DNA of 64,000 nucleotides from Candidatus Saccharibacteria bacterium UBA1932 (GTDB lineage Bacteria; Patescibacteriota; Saccharimonadia; Saccharimonadales; Saccharimonadaceae): NCBI GenBank assembly GCA_002337095.1, contig DDFI01000001.1, positions 57,546 to 121,545 of the forward strand, read 5' to 3'. Shown piece by piece: positions 57,863 to 64,000 of this stretch (position 1 is its first letter; each line of letters starts with the position of its first letter). The notes under the pieces were generated by a model. It saw only the letters and a program-made list of their open reading frames with translations, ran no database searches and was not told where the DNA came from. The position numbers and the translations under genes were made by a program.

Positions 57863-60800
57863 TTATGCCGTCGGCGCGGTCCAGTACTGCGACAGTACCG
57901 TCGCGGCCTCGTCTGGTTTCTGCGTTAGCGCCGTCTCCCAGCTCATGCCGCCGTGCGTATCACCAAACGACGCCATCGCCTGAACAAGGAGTTGCATGTT
58001 CGCCCTTGACATACTATGACTATCAGCAAGTTTGACCGAATCAAGCTGGTAATTGCTACCGCTAAACCAGTGTCTAACTGTCACGCTATCATGACTGGCA
58101 ATGTTGCATATTTTCATATCATCACCACTGCGCACAAGCGTAAGGGCGTCAGTAGTAATACCCTCTCCGAACAATAGTGTATTTTTGCCAGCGCAATCGT
58201 AAATAGCATCTTGACCATCACCCAGATTCATTACAAAGGTGTCATCACCAGCGCCACCATTAAGCACATCGTCACCCCCATTACCGTAGATGGTATCGCC
58301 CTTGGATCCGGCATATACATAATCGAGCTGCGCGCTACCTCGAATGATATTCTGCTGGTCGTCATACCCGCAGCAATACCCACCCGTAGATAAAGCTCGT
58401 ACTGATCTTACTTCTTCGAGTACCTTATCTGCGTTCCATATCGTACCATCATCAAATACGAATTTCTCAATCTTGTTCGTATCGTCACGATCCCAGGTAT
58501 AGTCGCCGTGGAAATAGTCGCGTACCGTGACCGTATCCTCCGTACCCTTGATCGACAAGACCAGGTCGGAGCCGCGCGAATCTGTACGACTTAGGATAAC
58601 ATCGCTCGCTGTAATTCCGTTGCCAAATCGTAGCGTGTCGTTACCGGCAGCATCATACACCCTATCCTGGCCGTCACCTATATTAAAGACGTATACGTCA
58701 TCACCTGCATTTCCCTGCAGCGTATCACTACCAGCACCCCCCACCAGCAAGTCATTCCCCGCGCCTCCATAGAGCGTATCATCGCCGCCCTCTCCGTAGA
58801 GCGCATCGCCCCTTGAACCTGCGTATATATAGTCATATGTCGCGCTACCCTTAAGGATATTCTGCTGATCGTCATATCCAGATACAGATCCGCCATCGGC
58901 ATTAGCCCTCACGGTACGCGCCATTTCGAGCACTTGGTCAGCCGTCCATCTGGTCCCATCGATGGCAAATTGTATCGTCTCAAGTTTATTTGCATCGGCC
59001 CGCTCCCACGTATAGCCATTATGGAAATAGTCGCGAATCGTCACTTTATCATTAGTGCCGCGGACTATCAGCACTAGGTCTGAGCCACGGTAACCAGCAC
59101 GCGAGACCACGATATCGTTGGGCGCGGTACCATCGGCAAAGATAAGCTGATCGCTACCGGCAGCGTCGTAGATAGTGTCGCTACCGTCGCCGCGAGCGAA
59201 TACATACGTGTCATCACCCTCGTAGTCCTCTATATAGTCGTCGCCCGCACCACCAAGATATATATCATTTCCATTCCCGCCACTAAGCAAATCATTGCCT
59301 GCACCACCATGTAGCACGTCGTTGCCGGCACCGGCATACACTATATCGTTACCGGCACCGGCATCAATCACATCGTCGCCCCCGCCGGTCGATATGTAGT
59401 CGTAGGTATCACTACCTGTAACGACATCATTTTGATCGTCGAACCCGTAGATGTTTCCACCTTCAGCACTCGCATTAATATATCGAGCTTTTTCAATAAC
59501 TTGGTCGGCCGACCAGCTAACGCCACCAGCAAACATTATTTTTTCGAGCTTGTTAGTGTCATCGCGCTCCCACGTATAGGCATTGTGGAAATAGTCGCGA
59601 ATAGTCACTCTATCATCAGTGCCGCGGATCGAGAGTACTAAGTCTGAGCCTCGGGAATTAGTGCGGCTCACTTGTACCATATCTGGTGTGATCTCATCAC
59701 CAAACGTTAGTGTGTCGTTTCCGGCCCAATCGTATATAGTATCCTGGCCATCGCCCTTGCCAAATGCATAGACATCATTCCCAGCGCCACCATTAAGATA
59801 ATCATCGCCCTTACCGCCGCGGATCCAATCGTCACCAGCACCGCCATTAAGACTATCGGCGGATATCCCGCCATATAGCTCGTCTCCCCGATCTCTGGCA
59901 TATAGCACACTGCCTGCGTTGCCGGCGTAAAGAATATTTTTCTGATCGTCAAACCCACTTAGGTACGACCAGCCGCTATCGGTAGCATGTTGCGTGCGGA
60001 CTTTTTCGATAATAGTTTCGGGCGACCAGATAGAGCCATCAGCAAATACGATTTGCTCTAGTTTGTTGGCATCTTGGCGCTCCCACGTGTAATCGTTGTG
60101 GAAATAGTCGCGAATCGTCACCTTGTCGTCGGTGCCGCGGATCGTCAGTACCAGATCTGATCCACGAGAATCAGTACGCGATACAACAATATCCTCAGGC
60201 GTAATACCATCAGCAACTATAAGTTGGTCGTTACCCACACTATCATAGATAGTATCACTGCCATCACCACGCGCAAATACATACGCGTCATTGCCGCCGT
60301 AATCCTGCATCCAGTCATCGCCAGCACCACCCACATATAGATCATCGCCATTATCGCCATTGAGCAAGTCGTTGCCAGCGCCGCCGCGCAATATATCGTT
60401 GCCGTCGCCCGCATACGCCACATCGTTACCGGCACCGGCATCAATCACATCGTCGCCCCCTCCGGTCGATATGTAATCGTAGTTATCGCTGCCCGTAGCG
60501 ATATCATTCTGGTCATCAAAGCCACCCAAATAGCCACCACTACTGGATGCAACGATAGTACGTGCCTTTTCGATCACTTGGTCCACCGACCAAGCTGTAC
60601 CGTCAGCGAATATAATGTGTTCGAGCTTGTTGGTATCCTGGCGCTCCCAAGTATAATCGTTGTGGAAATAATCGCGAATCGTCATTTTATCATGAGTCCC
60701 ACGGATCGAGAGTATCAGATCTGATCCACGAGAATCAGTACGGCTCACCTGTACCATATCTGCGGTAATACCGCTACCAAGCTGCAGCGTGTCAGTGCCG

Positions 60801-63800
60801 CTTGCATCGTAAATAGTGTCCTGGCCGTCACCAAGCTTGAATGCATACGTATCATCACCGCTACCGCCTGTAATGTAGTCATTGCCCCGACCTCCCTGCA
60901 AGAAATCATTGCCCGTCGACCCCCACAACGAGTCACTGGCGTCACCACCAATTAGCTGATCACCCTGAATACTCGCTGACAAATTGCTACCCGCTGCGCC
61001 TGCATACAGAATGTTCTTTTGGTCGTCGTACCCGGACAAGTATGACCGGCCCTTGTCATACCCGTGTTGCACGCGCGCTTTTTCGAGTATTGTATCAGCG
61101 TTCCAGATTGTGCCATCCGTAAATGTAATATGTTCAATTTTGTTGGCATCTTGGCGCTCCCACGTATAATCGTTATGGAAATAGTCACGAATTGTTATCT
61201 TGTCGCTACCATTTACTGTCAGCACCAAGTCTGAACCACGCGAGTCAGTGCGGCCCACCGTGATCATGTCAGCGGTGATGCCCTTACCAAATATCAGCTT
61301 GTCCGCACCATCGCTATCATATATCGTGTCGCTGCCATCACCTAGATGGTACATATACACATCATCGCCCGTCCCACCATACAAGTAATCGTCACCGGCA
61401 CCACCGTCTAGATAGTCATTCCCCGCGGCACCGTTGAGCCCATCATTACCGGCATCACCATACAGAACAGAACCGCCTGCATGAGCATACAAATTATCGC
61501 CGTCGTCGCCACCCGCGACCGTTTGACCAGCAACTTGCGCGGTAATAGAGTCGTAGGTTGCAGTGCCCTGCAAAACCCCTACACCGACGACGTCAATCGC
61601 CCGCGCCAACTCGCTAGACTGAAGGGCGTATTGCTGGCGGAATGCGCTCCAGCCATCTAATTTTTGCAAGTCGTAGCCCTTCATGACGCGCGCAAATTCG
61701 CCGAGCAACGCCACGCCCGCCGCGTGATCGGTGACGAGTTTGTCGTCGATCGTTGTCGTAACTTTTGAGAAGTCAAGCGTAATGCTGCCGCTCTCATTAG
61801 TATTGTAGCCAATTGCATTAACTACGTCTTTTAGCACTGTTTTGCTGACCAATGCTGCGTACATTCGGTCGCTTAGTTCGGCGTATGCCTGCTTTAACAT
61901 CGGTGCTGCGTTGTTGTTGGGTGAACTGCCATTTGTGCCCGTGAAGTTAGTTCCCATAAATTTCTCGAGCACTGCAAGCTGGCGTGCATCAATCAATCCA
62001 CCGCGACTCGTAGGGTCAATCGTATCACTACTCGTCCAGCGGTAAAGGATTTGCGCCATCAACGCATCGCGTGTCGCCACATCTGGTGCATCGACAAATT
62101 GCTGCACCAGTGTCTGCAGCGTGCCACTTACATCCTGAGCCATTGCAACGCGCAGCGAGCTAACATTTCCTGCACCGGCCAGATCGGGCAAAAACGCAAT
62201 TTCAACAGGAATATTCATACCCTCATGGCTGATATCTCGCGAATCGCTAGCATTACGGCCGAGCAAATATTCACCGGCCGCACCCTGCGTACCATTGCTC
62301 CACGTAAAGCTGCCCAGCCGCTGCTGGATATTGTTCATCACATCCGTTGCCTGTGTGACAACCGAGCCGACATTGATCGAGGTGATGCCGATAGATGTCA
62401 GGTCGGCAAGCTCATCCGCGCCCGAGACGCCATCGCTGTTTGCATCACGCCATATGCGCAACTTACTAAATACTTGGTCATGCGCGTCGATCCTTCCGTC
62501 ATGGTTGAGGTCAAAATCTGCCAGCGCTGCGAAGCCGCTTGATGCAACGGTGCCGTCGGCGAGGACTGTTCGATCACCAAATAACTCTTTGCCGCTGGTG
62601 ATCTTGCCGTTGCCGTCACGGTCAAGTACCAGCAGACCATCACCCTTGCCGACCCAGGCGGTGCGTTCGGCGTAGCCATTGGCATCAACGTCGAAATACA
62701 TCGTAGAGGTAGACAGGTTCGTCGTCTGGATACCGTTGCCGTCGAGGTCGAGGATGAGGGGGTCGACGCGGACGGCGGTGGTAGCAGAGCTAAATTTTTT
62801 ATCAATGCCCAGAAGTGATTCAAGGGTAACTTGACGTCCAAAGATATCCTTGCTACCTATGAGGTCAGATAATAACGAAAGCAGATTAATCGTGAACTCA
62901 CCAGTATCACGCTGAACTGTCGCAACCATTTTATCGAGATCACTACCTATTGCAAAGCATGCGCCACCAAGACTATCCCCCAAAAAAACAATACCGGTAC
63001 CTAGGCCTTTACTTGCAGCAGTAAAAGTATTTATATAACTATCTGCAACAATATACAAACCACTACCGAGCGCTTGACCGATATAGTTTGACGGGGGACC
63101 CAATGTATTGATGATAGCTGTCGCGCTTTGTACGATCTGCGTGCCGACTACAACATCGGCTGACGGTCCATGCACTTCTTCATTCAGTATAGTTTTTCCG
63201 TCCTTATCCTTATGCGTCATAGCCGATGAGCCATGTGATCCCCATATCCATTCATCTAGCGATTTGCCGAGTACGCTGTTACTGAATATATCTGATAGTC
63301 TGAATGAGCCTATAAGTCCATTCTCGTGAATTTCACTATTGGAGTCTCTGAGGTACCTAGTCTCTCCCATCCTTGTACCATAGTTTCCCACGCCATCGTT
63401 TTCATTGACATAATTTATGATTTGCCCACTAAACATCTCTGGTTTTAGCATCGGCAACAAGTTTGAGATTCCAACCGCGTTGAATGTCGTAGCATCACCT
63501 CCAGTCTCACACGACAGAAACTGCGCCAGCCCACCACCGAGCGAGTGGCCTGTAAAAGTTACGCCACTCGAGCGCACATAGCTTGCAAGACTTTCGTTAG
63601 TGACGAGTGATTGGCCGCTTTCCTCCGTCAACACACTTTGGACGAATTTGTATGCGTCGATAAACTGTCGCGGTATGCCATCCTTGGCAAGATTAGGCAT
63701 AGTAATCTGGGCGTCGGTGACTTTGTCTTCGAGCGTATCTGGCTCCGTCCCGCGGAAAGCAAAAACTATCTTACCATCAGGAGATTTCAGGGCAACGCCA

Positions 63801-63997
63801 GCGAAACCACTGGTGGTATTAGGCTCAACATTTAACAATGTATGGAAACGTAGTGGCGCGTTAGCGTCTTTAAGTTCGGAGAGTTCCGGCCTAGAAAGAT
63901 CATCTTCAGTGATTAGATGCTGCGCTATTAATGAGCCTAATGTTTGATTTCTAAATTGTGTACTCAGCTTAATATAAGAAAGCTGAGACAGACACAT
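57863..63997 (-). CDS. Large RTX Ca-binding secreted protein: N-terminal lipase, FrpC-like self-processing module, RTX/hemolysin-type repeats; 5' end may lie beyond the window
   Basis: FAFRGTE, GHSLGG lipase; VD-PLILDLDGNG SPM; many GGxGxD nonamers; six DLVL…TIRDYF…IEx..F.DG..W units; C-terminal LLVQAMASF. Confidence 0.95.
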   Translation of the reverse strand: MCLSQLSYIKLSTQFRNQTLGSLIAQHLITEDDLSRPELSELKDANAPLRFHTLLNVEPNTTSGFAGVALKSPDGKIVFAFRGTEPDTLEDKVTDAQITMPNLAKDGIPRQFIDAYKFVQSVLTEESGQSLVTNESLASYVRSSGVTFTGHSLGGGLAQFLSCETGGDATTFNAVGISNLLPMLKPEMFSGQIINYVNENDGVGNYGTRMGETRYLRDSNSEIHENGLIGSFRLSDIFSNSVLGKSLDEWIWGSHGSSAMTHKDKDGKTILNEEVHGPSADVVVGTQIVQSATAIINTLGPPSNYIGQALGSGLYIVADSYINTFTAASKGLGTGIVFLGDSLGGACFAIGSDLDKMVATVQRDTGEFTINLLSLLSDLIGSKDIFGRQVTLESLLGIDKKFSSATTAVRVDPLILDLDGNGIQTTNLSTSTMYFDVDANGYAERTAWVGKGDGLLVLDRDGNGKITSGKELFGDRTVLADGTVASSGFAALADFDLNHDGRIDAHDQVFSKLRIWRDANSDGVSGADELADLTSIGITSINVGSVVTQATDVMNNIQQRLGSFTWSNGTQGAAGEYLLGRNASDSRDISHEGMNIPVEIAFLPDLAGAGNVSSLRVAMAQDVSGTLQTLVQQFVDAPDVATRDALMAQILYRWTSSDTIDPTSRGGLIDARQLAVLEKFMGTNFTGTNGSSPNNNAAPMLKQAYAELSDRMYAALVSKTVLKDVVNAIGYNTNESGSITLDFSKVTTTIDDKLVTDHAAGVALLGEFARVMKGYDLQKLDGWSAFRQQYALQSSELARAIDVVGVGVLQGTATYDSITAQVAGQTVAGGDDGDNLYAHAGGSVLYGDAGNDGLNGAAGNDYLDGGAGDDYLYGGTGDDVYMYHLGDGSDTIYDSDGADKLIFGKGITADMITVGRTDSRGSDLVLTVNGSDKITIRDYFHNDYTWERQDANKIEHITFTDGTIWNADTILEKARVQHGYDKGRSYLSGYDDQKNILYAGAAGSNLSASIQGDQLIGGDASDSLWGSTGNDFLQGGRGNDYITGGSGDDTYAFKLGDGQDTIYDASGTDTLQLGSGITADMVQVSRTDSRGSDLILSIRGTHDKMTIRDYFHNDYTWERQDTNKLEHIIFADGTAWSVDQVIEKARTIVASSSGGYLGGFDDQNDIATGSDNYDYISTGGGDDVIDAGAGNDVAYAGDGNDILRGGAGNDLLNGDNGDDLYVGGAGDDWMQDYGGNDAYVFARGDGSDTIYDSVGNDQLIVADGITPEDIVVSRTDSRGSDLVLTIRGTDDKVTIRDYFHNDYTWERQDANKLEQIVFADGSIWSPETIIEKVRTQHATDSGWSYLSGFDDQKNILYAGNAGSVLYARDRGDELYGGISADSLNGGAGDDWIRGGKGDDYLNGGAGNDVYAFGKGDGQDTIYDWAGNDTLTFGDEITPDMVQVSRTNSRGSDLVLSIRGTDDRVTIRDYFHNAYTWERDDTNKLEKIMFAGGVSWSADQVIEKARYINASAEGGNIYGFDDQNDVVTGSDTYDYISTGGGDDVIDAGAGNDIVYAGAGNDVLHGGAGNDLLSGGNGNDIYLGGAGDDYIEDYEGDDTYVFARGDGSDTIYDAAGSDQLIFADGTAPNDIVVSRAGYRGSDLVLIVRGTNDKVTIRDYFHNGYTWERADANKLETIQFAIDGTRWTADQVLEMARTVRANADGGSVSGYDDQQNILKGSATYDYIYAGSRGDALYGEGGDDTLYGGAGNDLLVGGAGSDTLQGNAGDDVYVFNIGDGQDRVYDAAGNDTLRFGNGITASDVILSRTDSRGSDLVLSIKGTEDTVTVRDYFHGDYTWDRDDTNKIEKFVFDDGTIWNADKVLEEVRSVRALSTGGYCCGYDDQQNIIRGSAQLDYVYAGSKGDTIYGNGGDDVLNGGAGDDTFVMNLGDGQDAIYDCAGKNTLLFGEGITTDALTLVRSGDDMKICNIASHDSVTVRHWFSGSNYQLDSVKLADSHSMSRANMQLLVQAMASFGDTHGGMSWETALTQKPDEAATVLSQYWTAPTA
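58510..61186 (-). repeat. Higher-order intragenic repeat in the RTX gene (513+564-nt alternating units, 1077-nt period)
   Basis: DYFH codon anchor (plus-strand GGAAATA) at 58510, 59023, 59587, 60100, 60664 and 61177. Confidence 0.9.
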
Positions 63998-64000
63998 ATA

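Noticed and set aside
62759-62764. Asp-Pro at residue 412 of the ORF, close to FrpC's D414-P415 numbering
   Set aside because: The ORF start is uncertain at the window edge, so the numerical match is probably coincidental; only the sequence motif is used as evidence

Overview
This 64-kb window looks like chromosomal DNA of a Saccharibacteria (TM7/Patescibacteria, CPR)-type bacterium. That assignment is inferred from gene content and order (gatC-gatA-hyp-gatB-galU-DUF948-ytxH; rpiB-rpe-split transketolase-fba-pfkB; PilB; short RelA; pervasive leaderless starts) and was not confirmed by a search. Most of the window is housekeeping: rnhB fused to YraN, rplS, malic enzyme, pilB, dnaE, galU, gatCAB, uvrB, pentose-phosphate/glycolysis genes, relA, ppa, trxB, pheS/pheT, an aquaporin and rmuC. 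The most striking accessory locus is 54.2-64 kb: HlyD + HlyB type I secretion components downstream of a >2000-aa RTX protein. That protein carries an N-terminal Ser-Asp-His lipase domain, a Neisseria FrpC-like Asp-Pro self-processing ('clip-and-link') module and a 1077-nt higher-order repeat. No TolC is present in the window, and the lineage is generally regarded as lacking an outer membrane. A second accessory locus is a large secreted SGNH hydrolase followed by two small membrane genes, each preceded by the same duplicated 61/62-bp end of the hydrolase gene, which resembles an effector/immunity cassette. Two non-coding palindromic elements (6.4-6.8 kb, 36.2-36.5 kb) are unexplained. No CRISPR array, rRNA, tRNA or transposase was recognised.
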